From contig CAVOYH010000005.1 of assembly GCA_963700635.1 (NCBI GenBank), positions 224,001 to 288,000 on the forward strand: a stretch of DNA of 64,000 nt, read 5' to 3'. The stretch comes from an uncultured Bacteroidota bacterium. Lineage in GTDB: Bacteria > Bacteroidota > Ignavibacteria > UBA10030 > UBA6906. Positions within the stretch are counted from its first letter, which is position 1. Every line of letters starts with the position of its first letter. Positions 1 to 11,209 of this stretch are shown piece by piece. The position numbers and the translations under genes were made by a program. The notes under the pieces were generated by a model, which searched no databases, had not been told where the DNA came from, and saw only the letters and a list, made by a program, of their open reading frames with translations.

Positions 1-14
1 AGAAGGGAAGTCTG

Positions 15-2261
15 ATGCGAAGAGCGTGTGCCGTGGCAATTGCAGCGTTGCTCCTGGTGGGATGTGCCTCTCAACCTCTTACTGAAGAACAAAACACTCC
101 GCCACCCAGCATCACGCTGGTGGATTCCTTGCCTGCAAACAGCCTGGCCGCAGACGGTCCGGATTCTTCGGACGTGGTTGCGGAGCACTACGGGGTTCCA
201 GACGACACACTGATAGCGACAATGCTCGAATCCGCCCGACAGCATTACATCTCCGCTGCAACTGCGGCCGAGGGAGGCGATACCACACGCTCCGTGATTC
301 AGTTCGAAGAAGCCATCGCCATCCTTGATGAACTAAGTTACATCCCCGATATCGAATCAAATCGAGATTTTAGCGACCTGAGCAAGGCCGTCGTCGAGGA
401 CTACGAGCGCTATATCATCAGCATCGACAGTCTCTCTGCAGAAAGTTCCATCTTCGCCCTCCGGGAGAAGCTCAACCAGGTGGTCGAACTGCCCGATTCG
501 ATATCACCCGGACCGGCGCGGCCGATTATTCAGGGCACAACAATTCCCCTGGTGATGAACGACCTGGTTGACCGGCATATCCAGTTCTTCCAGGGGCGGG
601 GCCGCGAGCATATGGAACGCTGGCTCAGAAATTCGGGGAGGTACTTCCCCCTGATAAAGACCATCCTGAATGAAGAGGGCGTGCCCGAGGAGATCGCATT
701 TCTCTCCATGGTGGAGAGCGGAGTAAATCCCCTGGCGCGGTCCTGGGCCCGGGCTGTCGGAATGTGGCAATTTATGAAGGGCACCGGCCGGATTTATGGG
801 CTGCGTACAACCTACTGGTACGACGAACGCCGCGATTTCGAAAAAGCCACACGGGCTGCCGCACGGCACCTGCGGGATCTTCACGAGGACTTTGGAGACT
901 GGTACCTTGCGATGGCCGGGTACAATTCGGGTGCGGGAAGAGTGTACTCCGGCATCCGCCGCACCGGGACCACGGACTTCTGGGAGATGCGCAGGCGGTT
1001 GCCGCGTGAAACACGCAACTACGTCCCCCAGTATATTGCAGCGGCGTTGATTGCGATGAACCCGGCTGAATACGGTTTTGGCGATGTAGAATTCCATCCC
1101 CCCATCACATGGGATGTTGTCACAGTCAACGACTGTGTGGATCTGGATGCATTGGCTGACTGTGCCGCAACGGATGTGAAGACTCTGCGTGAATTAAATC
1201 CGGAATTACTTCAACGGTGTACTCCACCCGGCGTGAAGGGATACCGACTGAGAGTTCCGGAGGGGAGCATTGCCCGTTTTCAGGAGAGTTACGCGCAGCT
1301 GGCGGATTCGACAAAACGCGACTGGATCGTCCATTCGGTGCGCAAGGGAGAGAGCCTTGGCAGCATCGCTGCACGCTACGGCATTTCCGCGGGAATCATC
1401 GGAGAGGCAAATAGCGGGAAGTCGGCCAGACGGCTCTCCATCGGCTCTACGCTGGTGATTCCGGTTCCGAAAGGCTCAACCCGGCATGCTGCCCTGGTTG
1501 CCGCCTCTGCAGAAGCAGACGAAGGCGGGAGCGTAAAACGGACCCGCACAACACGTGACCGGTCGCGGCTCGAAAAAGCGCTCTCTCAGGCCTCCCGGCG
1601 CACCACGGAAAGTCCTGCGGGAAAGACCCGGCTGACGTATACGGTAAAACGGGGGGACACGATAGGGCACATTGCCGAATGGTTCTCCTGCAGGGCTGCG
1701 GATATCAGGAACTGGAATGACCATCCTTACGGGCGTCCGATACGGGCGGGACAAGAGCTGGATGTCTATGTGGCCGATCATCTCGTAAGCCGTTACCGGT
1801 CGATCGACCGGATGTCATTCACTGAAAAAACAAAACAATTCCGGCCCCACGCTGCTGCCATTGCTGAACAGGGGAATGAAGGCACCGGCAATTATGTTGT
1901 GCTCGAAGGAGAAACCCTGGATAAGATCTCCCGCGATCACGGAGTCACGATTGAACAGATCAAACGATGGAACAACCTCAGCTCCTCCAGGATTCTCGTC
2001 GGGCAACGCCTTATCATCCACACAAGCGCTGAAAACGTGAGAATCGTGGATGCTCCGAAGGTTCCCGGCAATGCCCAGCGTAAAGACGGTAAGGTCACCA
2101 TCTATGTCGTAAAGAAGGGGGATACGTTGTGGGACATTGCGCGCACCCATGAGGTGAGCCCGGAAGAATTACGCGACTGGAATGCGCTCAAACAGAATAA
2201 CATCCGGGCCGGTCAGGAGCTTGTCATTCACAGGAATGGGTCGGCCGGGGGAGGCAACTGA
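15..2261 (+). CDS. mltD: Membrane-bound lytic murein transglycosylase D-like lipoprotein with LysM domains
   Basis: Lipobox LLVGC; SLT motifs [25 protein letters not shown]; four LysM repeats (VRKGESL, VKRGDTI, VLEGETL, VKKGDTL). Confidence 0.9.
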   Translation: MRRACAVAIAALLLVGCASQPLTEEQNTPPPSITLVDSLPANSLAADGPDSSDVVAEHYGVPDDTLIATMLESARQHYISAATAAEGGDTTRSVIQFEEAIAILDELSYIPDIESNRDFSDLSKAVVEDYERYIISIDSLSAESSIFALREKLNQVVELPDSISPGPARPIIQGTTIPLVMNDLVDRHIQFFQGRGREHMERWLRNSGRYFPLIKTILNEEGVPEEIAFLSMVESGVNPLARSWARAVGMWQFMKGTGRIYGLRTTYWYDERRDFEKATRAAARHLRDLHEDFGDWYLAMAGYNSGAGRVYSGIRRTGTTDFWEMRRRLPRETRNYVPQYIAAALIAMNPAEYGFGDVEFHPPITWDVVTVNDCVDLDALADCAATDVKTLRELNPELLQRCTPPGVKGYRLRVPEGSIARFQESYAQLADSTKRDWIVHSVRKGESLGSIAARYGISAGIIGEANSGKSARRLSIGSTLVIPVPKGSTRHAALVAASAEADEGGSVKRTRTTRDRSRLEKALSQASRRTTESPAGKTRLTYTVKRGDTIGHIAEWFSCRAADIRNWNDHPYGRPIRAGQELDVYVADHLVSRYRSIDRMSFTEKTKQFRPHAAAIAEQGNEGTGNYVVLEGETLDKISRDHGVTIEQIKRWNNLSSSRILVGQRLIIHTSAENVRIVDAPKVPGNAQRKDGKVTIYVVKKGDTLWDIARTHEVSPEELRDWNALKQNNIRAGQELVIHRNGSAGGGN

Positions 2262-2307
2262 CTGTACGGGGTTGACCCCCTGTTCATGGAATACGAGGTC
2301 CCGGAAG

Positions 2308-2346
2308 TGAAAAAAGGCAGCAGGGTAATCCTGCTGCCTTTTTTCA
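2308..2346. terminator. Bidirectional intrinsic terminator
   Basis: TGAAAAAAGGCAGCAGG-gtaat-CCTGCTGCCTTTTTTCA perfect stem with A/T tracts between convergent genes. Confidence 0.85.
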
Positions 2347-2414
2347 TGAATGAGCCGGTAACGCGCTACATTTCCCTCCCGGTGCTCCGTTCGCATTGGT
2401 CCGGCGTCACCGGA

Positions 2415-2972
2415 TCATTGGGGATCAACGTCTTTCATAATGCGCACCTCGCGCTCTATCGTGCGCCCTCCACGATTCATGATACCGCCCTGACGCTGCA
2501 TCATGCGGCCTTCACCACCCATCATCATTCCTTGATGCTTGCCGGGACCTGTCTTCCGCACATGCTGCTTCCAGAGCTTCTGCTGCTCGGGTGTCAGGAT
2601 GGTTCTCACTGCAAACATGTGATCCAGCGCGGCCACCTTTGCCTGGTGCTGGAGGTCCGACACCTCCTTCATTTTTTTCTCGATCGCATTTCTGTCAGGA
2701 TTCTCGGGAAGGTACAATTCCTGAATTTCCACGCGCAGAAGGCGAATCTTACCCTGCAGCGCGACCTGTTTCTTCTGCTTGTCGATACGCAGTTTATCCA
2801 TCTGCGACTGTTGTTTCTCGCTGAGATTCAGCTTCTCCGCCATAGCCATCCGATCTTGCCTCGCGCCGCGGCGTGGACGGGCGTCGGAATCATTGTCCAT
2901 TCCGGATTGTGCGAAGGCGGGGCCCACAAGGCCCGCGGCCAGCAGGGTGGTCAACATCAGGTGTTTCAACAT
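2415..2972 (-). CDS. Spy/CpxP family periplasmic protein
   Basis: Signal peptide; LNLSEKQ and ILTPEQ (LTxxQ) motifs; Met/Gly-rich tail; AGGAG SD. Confidence 0.85.
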   Translation of the reverse strand: MLKHLMLTTLLAAGLVGPAFAQSGMDNDSDARPRRGARQDRMAMAEKLNLSEKQQSQMDKLRIDKQKKQVALQGKIRLLRVEIQELYLPENPDRNAIEKKMKEVSDLQHQAKVAALDHMFAVRTILTPEQQKLWKQHVRKTGPGKHQGMMMGGEGRMMQRQGGIMNRGGRTIEREVRIMKDVDPQ

Positions 2973-3136
2973 GGTCTATGCTCCTCTTATTGAATGGGGG
3001 TTGTTATGTGTTCTGGATGTTGGACAAGAAACCCATTGCCAGGGTTTAATGGTCCGGCCATGGTAAATCCTCCACAGATGAATTCCGACGGTGCTTCAGA
3101 CGCCGGTTCCGCGTTTCGCGCGCGCGATACGCGGCG

Positions 3137-3165
3137 TTGACTTTGCATGGGCAAATCGCTATGTT
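3137..3165 (+). promoter_or_regulatory. sigma70-type promoter
   Basis: TTGACT-17 nt-TATGTT, 30 nt before the TPR gene. Confidence 0.55.
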
Positions 3166-3194
3166 TTGTTGATGTTTGAATCGGAGTATCTCCT

Positions 3195-5420
3195 GTGCGG
3201 ATAACTGCTTTCGTGCTCAAGTCCTTCCTCCTCCCCGGTCTCCTGCTGTTTTCATCGTGCGGCGTAATGGATTTCTTCTCCGCCTATTTTAATACCTATT
3301 ACAATGCCAAACGGCTCTTCGATGAGGCGGTCGAAGAGGTATGGATGATTCCGGAAACGCGCGAAACAGGGAGGAATTTGCTCTCCGTCCCCGCTTCCGG
3401 TCAAACTGCGCGTGCGAAATTTACCTCGGTGATTGAGAAATGTTCGAAACTTCTCCAATACCACCCTGAATCGGATCTCGTGGACGATGCCCTCCTCATG
3501 ATCGGACGTTCATACTATTTCCAGGGGGAGTATCAGCAGGCACAGCGGAAATTCAAAGAATTACTGGACGGCTATCCGGAGAGCGATCTGGTGCCCCGGA
3601 CACAGGTGTTCCTGGCGTACACGCTGTTCAGGATACCGGAAACCGAACAGGCTGAGGCGCTGGCGTTGCAGCTTATCGAAGAAGCCACGGCGCGCGAAGA
3701 CAACGCAACAACTGCCGACGCCGCACTTGTGCTCGCACAGATTGCCCTGGATGCCAAAGAATACAAGCGGGCGAGAGGGTATTTCGCACTAACGGGTCAA
3801 ATGGGCGATCTCGCGGACAAACGTGCGCAGGCGTTCATCAAAGTTGCCGAGATGGACTTTGAAACAGGCGACTACAAGGCTGCGGAAGAAGCGTATCGCC
3901 GCGCACGCGCACTCAGCAACGGATACTCGGGTGAGTATCGGGGGATGTTCGGCGCAGCACGCGCGCTGGCCCGTCAGGAGCGGTATGATGAAGCCCTCGA
4001 TGCCCTGATCGACCTGCGCGACAATTCCAACTACAGGGAATATCACGGCGAGGTGGACGTACAAATCGGGCACGTGTTCCGGGACAAAGGTGACCTGGAA
4101 GGGGCAATCGATCAATACCGCTACGTTGACACCGCCTATGCCCGCACGGAAAACGCGTCAAATGCCAATTATGCGCTGGGCATACTGTACGAGAACACCG
4201 TTCATCTTTATGATTCAGCCAAGGTGGCCTATGACAGAGGCCGCAGCGGTCCGCCCCTGGCACTCGTGATGCCGGAGCTTATCCGGAGAGCTGACTATCT
4301 CGGAAAATATCTGCAGTACAGCAAAGACGTCAGACGTCTGGACAGCACCCTGCACGCACTCCTCACTCCACCTGACTCAAGCACTCTCGCCGCCGGGGAT
4401 TCCCTCGGAGCTGTTCCGGATTCAGTGGGTGCCGGTGTGTTGCACTCTCAACTCTCCGGGCCGGATACACTCTCCCCCGGTGCAGCACCTGGTGAACCCG
4501 CTCCGGAAATGCTCCCGGGAGTCCGCACAGAACCGGTCCCGGATATCCTGACGACCCCGCGAGTCACAGAAACCACACCCCAGCGCCGGCCGGACAATCT
4601 GCCTCCTCCTCCGCAGGCCGCACCACCACAGCATCCCGATTCTGTCCGGAAGCACCTCGCGTCCGCCATCGACAATCTTGCAGGGGTCCTGTATATCAGC
4701 ATGGGACTCCCCGACTCCGCGCGACTCTGTTATCGCCGGATTATCTCCGAATTTCCTGAGAGTCATGCTGCGCCCCGGGCTCTGTACGTGCTTGCGCGGA
4801 TCGAAGGGGAAGACTCGTCATCTTCTCCGACGGTTCCCGATTCACTGTACCAGGTGCTCATTGCCCGGCATCCTTCCTCGGCGTTTGCGGACGAAGCGCG
4901 ACGGCTGCTCGGACTTCCCTCAGTCCAGAAGACGACTGATCTGGCCGAAGGCAGTTACGGCAGAGGTGCAACATTGCTGCAAAAGGGAAAGCCCCGCGCA
5001 GCGATTGATACATTCAAAGTGCTTGCGCGGTTGTATCCGGAATCACCGGCTGCGTCAAGAGCGTTATACGCCGCAGGATGGACGTATGAGCATCATACAC
5101 CGTTGCGGGACAGTGCTACGGCAGTGTATGAACGACTCCTGACCCGATATCCGGACAGTCCCCTTGCGCGGAAAGTACAACCGCGTGTTCAGGAAGTACT
5201 GGCCGTGCGCCGCATGGCCACCGAAAAGGCACACGCTGATTCGCTTGCAAAAACAAAGCCGGCCGGGAGCCCCGATACGCTCAAGACGGCGGGGGACACC
5301 TTGGAAGAGAAGGACCGGCTCCTGGAAGAACGCCGGAAGATCCCGAACAATCCGGCCGAACCACCGGTACCGAGGCCGGTACGGCCGCGCGAAACTCCGG
5401 AAGAAAAACCAATCGACTGA
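3195..5420 (+). CDS. Tetratricopeptide-repeat lipoprotein, SprE/PorW-like
   Basis: Lipobox LFSSC; YFNTYYNA and IEKCSKLL...VDDALLMIGRSYY; many TPR units with YPES turns; Pro-rich linker. Confidence 0.75.
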   Translation: MRITAFVLKSFLLPGLLLFSSCGVMDFFSAYFNTYYNAKRLFDEAVEEVWMIPETRETGRNLLSVPASGQTARAKFTSVIEKCSKLLQYHPESDLVDDALLMIGRSYYFQGEYQQAQRKFKELLDGYPESDLVPRTQVFLAYTLFRIPETEQAEALALQLIEEATAREDNATTADAALVLAQIALDAKEYKRARGYFALTGQMGDLADKRAQAFIKVAEMDFETGDYKAAEEAYRRARALSNGYSGEYRGMFGAARALARQERYDEALDALIDLRDNSNYREYHGEVDVQIGHVFRDKGDLEGAIDQYRYVDTAYARTENASNANYALGILYENTVHLYDSAKVAYDRGRSGPPLALVMPELIRRADYLGKYLQYSKDVRRLDSTLHALLTPPDSSTLAAGDSLGAVPDSVGAGVLHSQLSGPDTLSPGAAPGEPAPEMLPGVRTEPVPDILTTPRVTETTPQRRPDNLPPPPQAAPPQHPDSVRKHLASAIDNLAGVLYISMGLPDSARLCYRRIISEFPESHAAPRALYVLARIEGEDSSSSPTVPDSLYQVLIARHPSSAFADEARRLLGLPSVQKTTDLAEGSYGRGATLLQKGKPRAAIDTFKVLARLYPESPAASRALYAAGWTYEHHTPLRDSATAVYERLLTRYPDSPLARKVQPRVQEVLAVRRMATEKAHADSLAKTKPAGSPDTLKTAGDTLEEKDRLLEERRKIPNNPAEPPVPRPVRPRETPEEKPID

Positions 5421-6187
5421 TGCTCCAGACGTTCTGCCCTGTGCTCTCTCTCGAAACTGTCGCAGAGAACGTATTCCTCCTTGTTCTGCATGCGCCGGAA
5501 ATTGCTCCGCTCGTGCGCCCGGGCCAGTTCCTGAACGTGCGCGTGGAAGAGACAAACGACCCGCTGCTGCGCCGCCCGTTTAGCGTGTACCGGACAGATG
5601 AAGATCATGTGGAGCTGTTGTTCAATGTGGTCGGAAAAGGCACCCAGATTCTCGCCGGAAAACGTAAGGGCGACAGGCTGGATGTCCTCGGTCCGCTCGG
5701 GGTACCCTTTACGGTTGACGATGAACAATTCTCGACCGCCATCCTCGTGGCCGGGGGGCTCGGTGTTGCACCCATGCCGATTACCACGCGCCATCTTCTC
5801 CAGAAAGGTAAGGCGGTCCGGACATTTCTGGGTGCGCGAAACAAGGGTTCACTTGTGCCCGCACATCTTGTGAATGTTGATATCGCCACGGACGACGGTT
5901 CGGCGGGCAGCCACGGGAATGTGGTGCAGCTCATGGAAAAGGCGCTGGCATCCGGAAGTCCCGCCAGGCCGAAAGTGTTCGCCTGCGGTCCTCACCCGAT
6001 GCTGAAAGCAGTGGCGATGCTCGCAGCACGGCTTGATATTCCCTGTGAAGTTTCTCTGGAAGGACCAATGGGCTGCGGTATTGGAATCTGTCAGGGATGC
6101 CCGGTGGAACTCAAGAGTCCGGCCAAAAAATACGCTCTGATGTGCAAAGACGGGCCCACATTTGATGCACGCACGATTCAATGGTAA
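5420..6187 (+). CDS. pyrK: Dihydroorotate dehydrogenase electron transfer subunit
   Basis: PGQF, LRRPFS, AGGLGVAP, ACGP, MGCGIGICQGC, CKDGP. Confidence 0.95.
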   Translation: MLQTFCPVLSLETVAENVFLLVLHAPEIAPLVRPGQFLNVRVEETNDPLLRRPFSVYRTDEDHVELLFNVVGKGTQILAGKRKGDRLDVLGPLGVPFTVDDEQFSTAILVAGGLGVAPMPITTRHLLQKGKAVRTFLGARNKGSLVPAHLVNVDIATDDGSAGSHGNVVQLMEKALASGSPARPKVFACGPHPMLKAVAMLAARLDIPCEVSLEGPMGCGIGICQGCPVELKSPAKKYALMCKDGPTFDARTIQW

Positions 6188-7133
6188 TACGATACGAAGC
6201 TCTTTCCGGATCGGCACGGTAGAGTTCAAGAACCGTGTGATGGTCGCATCGGGAACGTTTGGATACGGGGATGAGTGTGTTTCTGCCGTTGACGTGAATC
6301 GCCTGGGAGCACTTATCACAAAATCCCTCTCTCTCAAGCCGCGGGAAGGAAATCCTCCTCCGCGGATTGTGGAGACCGCAAGCGGGATGCTGAATTCGAT
6401 CGGACTGGCGAACATAGGCGTACACCGTTTTATCGGTGAAAAGTTGCCCTTCCTTCGGACGGTGGATACAACCGTGATCGTGAATATCGCCGCCAGCACC
6501 GTCGAGGAATATTGTGCCGTGCTGGAATTGCTGGAAGGTGAGGATGGGATCGATGGATACGAAATCAACGTCTCCTGTCCGAACGTCAAAGAGGGAGGCC
6601 TGAATTTCGGGACAAGCTGCCCGATGACATCCCAGATCACACAACGGCTGCGAAGCCGCACGAAACGTCCCCTGATCATCAAACTTACCCCCAACGTCAC
6701 ACACATCGCGGAGCTGGCACGGGCGGCTGAAGATGCCGGCGCTGACGCGGTGTCTGTGATGAACACGCTGATCGGTATGGCCATCGACGTTCGTACACGG
6801 AAACCCGTCCTGTCCACCGTGACCGGCGGGCTCTCGGGACCGGCCGTCAAGCCCGTCGCACTGGCCAAGGTCTATGAAACCGCCCGCGCTGTCAGGATTC
6901 CCGTCATCGGTATCGGCGGAATTGTAAACGGGATTGACGCGATTGAGTTTCTCCTCGCCGGTGCCGTGGCCGTGCAGGTGGGCACCGCAAACTTCCTTGA
7001 TCCTGCTGCGGGAGTCAGGGTGGCTGACGAGATGAAATCGTTCTGCGTGCAACAGGGGATTGCCGACATGGGTTCGCTCGTTGGCGGACTGGAAGCCAAA
7101 ACCGGCGTCTCGGTACTCGATAGCTGGCTGTGA
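6162..7133 (+). CDS. pyrD: Dihydroorotate dehydrogenase family 1B catalytic subunit (start uncertain)
   Basis: ASGTFGYG, NSIGLAN, EINVSCPN, KLTPN, GGLSGPAVKP. Confidence 0.95.
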   Translation: MMHARFNGNTIRSSFRIGTVEFKNRVMVASGTFGYGDECVSAVDVNRLGALITKSLSLKPREGNPPPRIVETASGMLNSIGLANIGVHRFIGEKLPFLRTVDTTVIVNIAASTVEEYCAVLELLEGEDGIDGYEINVSCPNVKEGGLNFGTSCPMTSQITQRLRSRTKRPLIIKLTPNVTHIAELARAAEDAGADAVSVMNTLIGMAIDVRTRKPVLSTVTGGLSGPAVKPVALAKVYETARAVRIPVIGIGGIVNGIDAIEFLLAGAVAVQVGTANFLDPAAGVRVADEMKSFCVQQGIADMGSLVGGLEAKTGVSVLDSWL

Positions 7134-8473
7134 ACCCGCCCCGTTCAGCACGCCCCCGCCCACGATCCGGATATGCCGCCACGCTGCGATATCTGTACGG
7201 TCTGCAATACCGCGGGATCAAAGTCGGGCTGCGCAATATCCGCGCTCTCACCGCTTTTACCGATCATCCCGAACGGACATTTCCCTGTTTCCACCTCGCG
7301 GGTACAAACGGCAAGGGTTCAACCGCCTCCTTTCTTGCCTCGATTCTGACTGAGGCGGGATACCGAACGGGGCTCTACACATCCCCCCACCTTGTGAATT
7401 TTACCGAACGGATCCGGATCGACGGGGTTCCGATCCCCGAAGCGGCGCTCGTGCAGTACACGGACACACTCCGCCCGGTGATCGAGAAAACCGGTGCAAC
7501 ATTCTTCGAAGTGACAACATGTATTGCCTTCCAGTATTTTGCCGACCAGAAGGTGGATGTTGCCGTCGTCGAAACTGGACTCGGGGGACGCCTTGACGCG
7601 ACGAACGTCGTGATGCCTCTTGTCAGTATCATCACGAATATCGGACTTGACCATCAGGAGATACTCGGGAATTCCGTCCGCAGTATCGCACGCGAGAAAG
7701 CGGGTATCATCAAGAGTGGCAGCCCCGTGGTTACGATGGCGGAGGGGGAAGCGCTTGACGTGATCAGGCAAACCGCCCGCCGCAGGCGAACCCCTCTGTT
7801 TCTGGCGGAAGACGTTGTCCAGATCAGCGTGGCCGGTACACGTGCCGGAGCATCGATCATCTCTCTTCGCTCAGATTCCCGGACGGTCAGTCGAGCCCGA
7901 TTGGGTGTTCCCGGGGACCATCAGGTCAAGAATGCGGCGCTGGCGGTGGCTTCGCTTTCACTCGTAAAATCCCGGGGGTTGTTCGGCAAGGCCGGACCGG
8001 ATGCCATACGAAGGGGTCTCGCAAGGGTCAACCGGAACACCGGATTACGGGCGAGGATGGAATTGATCCGGACGGCATGGGCTGACGTCTATGTGGATGT
8101 CGGGCACAATCCGGAGGGGATACAAACGGTTGCCGAGTCGTTTCTGAAGCGAAAAATGCGGTTTGGCTGCGCGGTATTCGGGGCCATGAGGGACAAGGAT
8201 ACGAGCGCCATGCTGGAAGCGCTGGCTGCATGTGCAGAAACCATCGTGATTGTCCGGCCCCGGACCCCGCGGGCGGCCACGGTCGTATCGCTTATGCGGA
8301 AGGGTAGGCAGCTCGGGCTGGATGTCCGGAGGGGTGGAGATGTTGTCCGGGGGATCAAAACGGCTCAATCCCTTGTTCATACTGTAACAGGAGAGCGCCC
8401 TCCCCGTATACTCATCATAGGATCTCATTTTCTGGCAGGTGAAGCCCTGTCAGCTCTTGAGAAAAACTCTTGA
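7130..8473 (+). CDS. folC: Folylpolyglutamate synthase/dihydrofolate synthase
   Basis: AGTNGKGST, YTSPHL, ETGLGGRLDATN, DVGHN. Confidence 0.95.
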   Translation: MNPPRSARPRPRSGYAATLRYLYGLQYRGIKVGLRNIRALTAFTDHPERTFPCFHLAGTNGKGSTASFLASILTEAGYRTGLYTSPHLVNFTERIRIDGVPIPEAALVQYTDTLRPVIEKTGATFFEVTTCIAFQYFADQKVDVAVVETGLGGRLDATNVVMPLVSIITNIGLDHQEILGNSVRSIAREKAGIIKSGSPVVTMAEGEALDVIRQTARRRRTPLFLAEDVVQISVAGTRAGASIISLRSDSRTVSRARLGVPGDHQVKNAALAVASLSLVKSRGLFGKAGPDAIRRGLARVNRNTGLRARMELIRTAWADVYVDVGHNPEGIQTVAESFLKRKMRFGCAVFGAMRDKDTSAMLEALAACAETIVIVRPRTPRAATVVSLMRKGRQLGLDVRRGGDVVRGIKTAQSLVHTVTGERPPRILIIGSHFLAGEALSALEKNS

Positions 8474-8498
8474 CATCTTTCTTGAAATGACATATATT
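8470..8498 (+). promoter_or_regulatory. sigma70-type promoter of rho
   Basis: TTGACA-17 nt-TATATT. Confidence 0.75.
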
Positions 8499-8667
8499 TC
8501 CGGTGCTGTAGCAAGTCGCTTCATTCCCTTTTTCCACATCGACTTATCTCAATCACACGTCCATCCGAAATTCCGTTCCTGAATTCCCGGGCGCTTTGCC
8601 CTTGACAGGCTGTTGTCAGGGTGAGGTTGCTGCTCCTTCATTCTCTTACTCGTGAGGTTCTCCTTCC

Positions 8668-9921
8668 ATGTCTATGGACATCTCAGAGCTCAAATCCAAG
8701 AAAATTGTAGAGCTCAATCAGATTGCCAAAGAGCTGAACATCAATGGCTACAGTGACCTGCGGAAGCAGGAACTGATCTTCAAAATTCTTGAAGCGCAAA
8801 CCGAGCAGGGCGGACTCAGTTTCAGCCGCGGTGTGCTCGAAGTGCTGCCCGACGGTTACGGGTTTCTCCGGTCGGTCGACTACAACTATCTTCCCTCGCC
8901 CGACGACATTTACGTCTCACCGTCGCAGATCAAAAAGTTCAATCTGCGCACGGGTGACAGCGTCAGCGGTCAGGTACGCCCGCCCAAGGAAGGAGAGCGT
9001 TTCTTCGCGCTCCTGCGGGTTGAAGCCGTCAACGACGAGAATCCGGAGAGTATTCGCGAGCGTGTGCTGTTCGATAACCTCACGCCTCTGTATCCAAACT
9101 CCGCGATCAAGCTTGAAACCGCGCCGGGTGAATATTCGATGCGCATCATGGATATGCTCACCCCGGTCGGGAAGGGCCAGCGCGGTATGATCGTCTCCCC
9201 GCCCAAGGCAGGAAAGACAATCCTTCTCCAGAAGATCGCCAACAGTATCAGCCGGAACCATCCGGAAGTGAAGCTCATCGTGTTGCTGATCGATGAACGC
9301 CCGGAAGAAGTGACGGACATGGAGCGCTCGGTGAACGCCGAGGTGGTGAGTTCCACCTTTGATGAACCACCTGAACGTCACGTACAGGTATCGGATATGG
9401 TTCTGGAGAAGGCCAAGCGGCTTGTTGAAGCGCGGCGGGATGTTGTCATCCTGCTGGACAGTATTACACGCCTTGCCCGGGCGCACAACACGGTAGTCCC
9501 GCATTCCGGCAAGATCCTGTCCGGCGGTGTGGACGCAAACGCCCTGCACAAGCCAAAACGTTTCTTCGGCGCCGCGCGTAACATCGAGGAAGGGGGCAGC
9601 CTGACGATCGTTGCCACGGCCCTCATCGAGACGGGAAGCCGCATGGACGAAGTGATCTTCGAGGAATTTAAGGGCACAGGAAACATGGAAATCGTGCTCG
9701 ACCGGAAACTCAGCGACCGCCGCGTGTTCCCGGCCATGGACGTCAACCGTTCCGGAACGCGTAAAGAAGAGTTGTTGATCGACGCCGACGATTTGAACCG
9801 GATCTGGATCCTCCGGAAACTCTTTGCCGAAATGAATACGGTCGAGGGGATGGACTTCCTGATGGAGAAGATGCGCGGCACAAAATCCAACAAGGAATTC
9901 CTCCGTTCGATGAGCAGCTAA
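8668..9921 (+). CDS. rho: Transcription termination factor Rho
   Basis: [39 protein letters not shown]. Confidence 0.99.
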   Translation: MSMDISELKSKKIVELNQIAKELNINGYSDLRKQELIFKILEAQTEQGGLSFSRGVLEVLPDGYGFLRSVDYNYLPSPDDIYVSPSQIKKFNLRTGDSVSGQVRPPKEGERFFALLRVEAVNDENPESIRERVLFDNLTPLYPNSAIKLETAPGEYSMRIMDMLTPVGKGQRGMIVSPPKAGKTILLQKIANSISRNHPEVKLIVLLIDERPEEVTDMERSVNAEVVSSTFDEPPERHVQVSDMVLEKAKRLVEARRDVVILLDSITRLARAHNTVVPHSGKILSGGVDANALHKPKRFFGAARNIEEGGSLTIVATALIETGSRMDEVIFEEFKGTGNMEIVLDRKLSDRRVFPAMDVNRSGTRKEELLIDADDLNRIWILRKLFAEMNTVEGMDFLMEKMRGTKSNKEFLRSMSS

Positions 9922-9940
9922 GAATCACAGGAGATTTGTA

Positions 9941-11122
9941 ATGGAAGACGTTGTCCTTGCTGGCTCGTGCCGGACCCCGATCGGGAGCTTCCAGGGAACC
10001 TTAAGTTCACTCCCCGCTCCCCGCCTGGGTGCGATTGTCATTCGTGAAGCCTTGCAACGGGCGGGCATTAAACCCGACCAGGTTGACGAAGTGATCATGG
10101 GGAACGTCATACAGGCCGGCGTCGGACAGGCTCCGGCGCGCCAGGCAACCCTGTTTGCCGGGCTGCCGGATAGTGTTGAGACCATGACGATCAACAAAGT
10201 GTGCGGGTCCGGACTGAAGGCTGTCATGCTGGCAGTGCAGGCCATCCAGGTGGGAGATGCGGAAATTATTGTTGCGGGCGGTATGGAAAGTATGTCAAAC
10301 GCCCCGTATCTTCTTGAAAAGGCGCGCGCGGGGTATCGCCTGGGGAACGGCGAGATAGCCGACGCGCTGTACCGCGACGGACTGGTGGATGTGTACCACA
10401 ACTACCTCATGGGCAACGCCGCCGAGCTCTGTGCAAAGGAGTGTGGCATCAGCAGGGAAGGCCAGGATGCGTACGCGATAACCAGCTACACACGCGCGCA
10501 GGAAGCGCAGCGGAGTGGCGCCTTTACGAAGGAAATTGTTCCCGTCGAAATAAAGGGACGCAAAGACGAAATTACCCGTGTTACCGACGACGAGGACGTC
10601 ACCAAGACCAACTTCGAAAAGATCCCTTCGCTCCGTCCCGCGTTTACAAAAGACGGAACAGTCACGGCCGCCAATGCATCGAAGATCAGCGACGGTGCGG
10701 CTGCGGTCGTGGTGATGTCAGCGAAAAAGGCGGCCCAGCTCGGCGTCAAGCCCCAGGCCCGCGTCGTGCGTCAGGCGTCGTTTGCCAAGGCTCCGGAGTG
10801 GTTTACGACGGCGCCCGCCGATGTGATTGCCAGGGTTCTGAAAAAGAGCGGTCTTGCGGTAGCGGATATCGATCTGTTCGAGGTGAATGAAGCGTTTGCG
10901 GTTGTTTCACTGGCCGTGAACAAACTCGCGGGCCTGGATCCCGCGAAGGTGAATGTTCATGGAGGCGCGGTCGCGATTGGCCATCCATTGGGCGCCAGCG
11001 GTGCGCGGATTCTCGTGACACTTCTTCACGCCCTCGAACGTCACAACAAACGGCGCGGACTTGCTTCACTCTGTATCGGTGGGGGAGAAGCCAGCGGTAT
11101 CATCGTAGAACGTCTCTCCTGA
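9941..11122 (+). CDS. Acetyl-CoA C-acetyltransferase (thiolase)
   Basis: NKVCGSG, NEAF, GHPLGASG, LCIGGG. Confidence 0.97.
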   Translation: MEDVVLAGSCRTPIGSFQGTLSSLPAPRLGAIVIREALQRAGIKPDQVDEVIMGNVIQAGVGQAPARQATLFAGLPDSVETMTINKVCGSGLKAVMLAVQAIQVGDAEIIVAGGMESMSNAPYLLEKARAGYRLGNGEIADALYRDGLVDVYHNYLMGNAAELCAKECGISREGQDAYAITSYTRAQEAQRSGAFTKEIVPVEIKGRKDEITRVTDDEDVTKTNFEKIPSLRPAFTKDGTVTAANASKISDGAAAVVVMSAKKAAQLGVKPQARVVRQASFAKAPEWFTTAPADVIARVLKKSGLAVADIDLFEVNEAFAVVSLAVNKLAGLDPAKVNVHGGAVAIGHPLGASGARILVTLLHALERHNKRRGLASLCIGGGEASGIIVERLS

Positions 11123-11209
11123 TGTGAGTCCTGGCCGGTCCGGGCGCTCCTCACACATCACGTATGAAGTGACTGTCACAAAACGATGAACCAACGAGAC
11201 CGGGAGATT

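Noticed and set aside
2286-2993. 235-aa plus-strand ORF
   Set aside because: Antisense shadow of the Spy/CpxP gene and runs through a terminator
6162-6190. Possible frameshift at the pyrD start (out-of-frame ATG at 6181)
   Set aside because: In-frame starts at 6162 and 6165 explain the gene
5849-7163. Two long minus-strand ORFs over pyrK/pyrD
   Set aside because: Shadow ORFs expected in GC-rich coding DNA; no motifs
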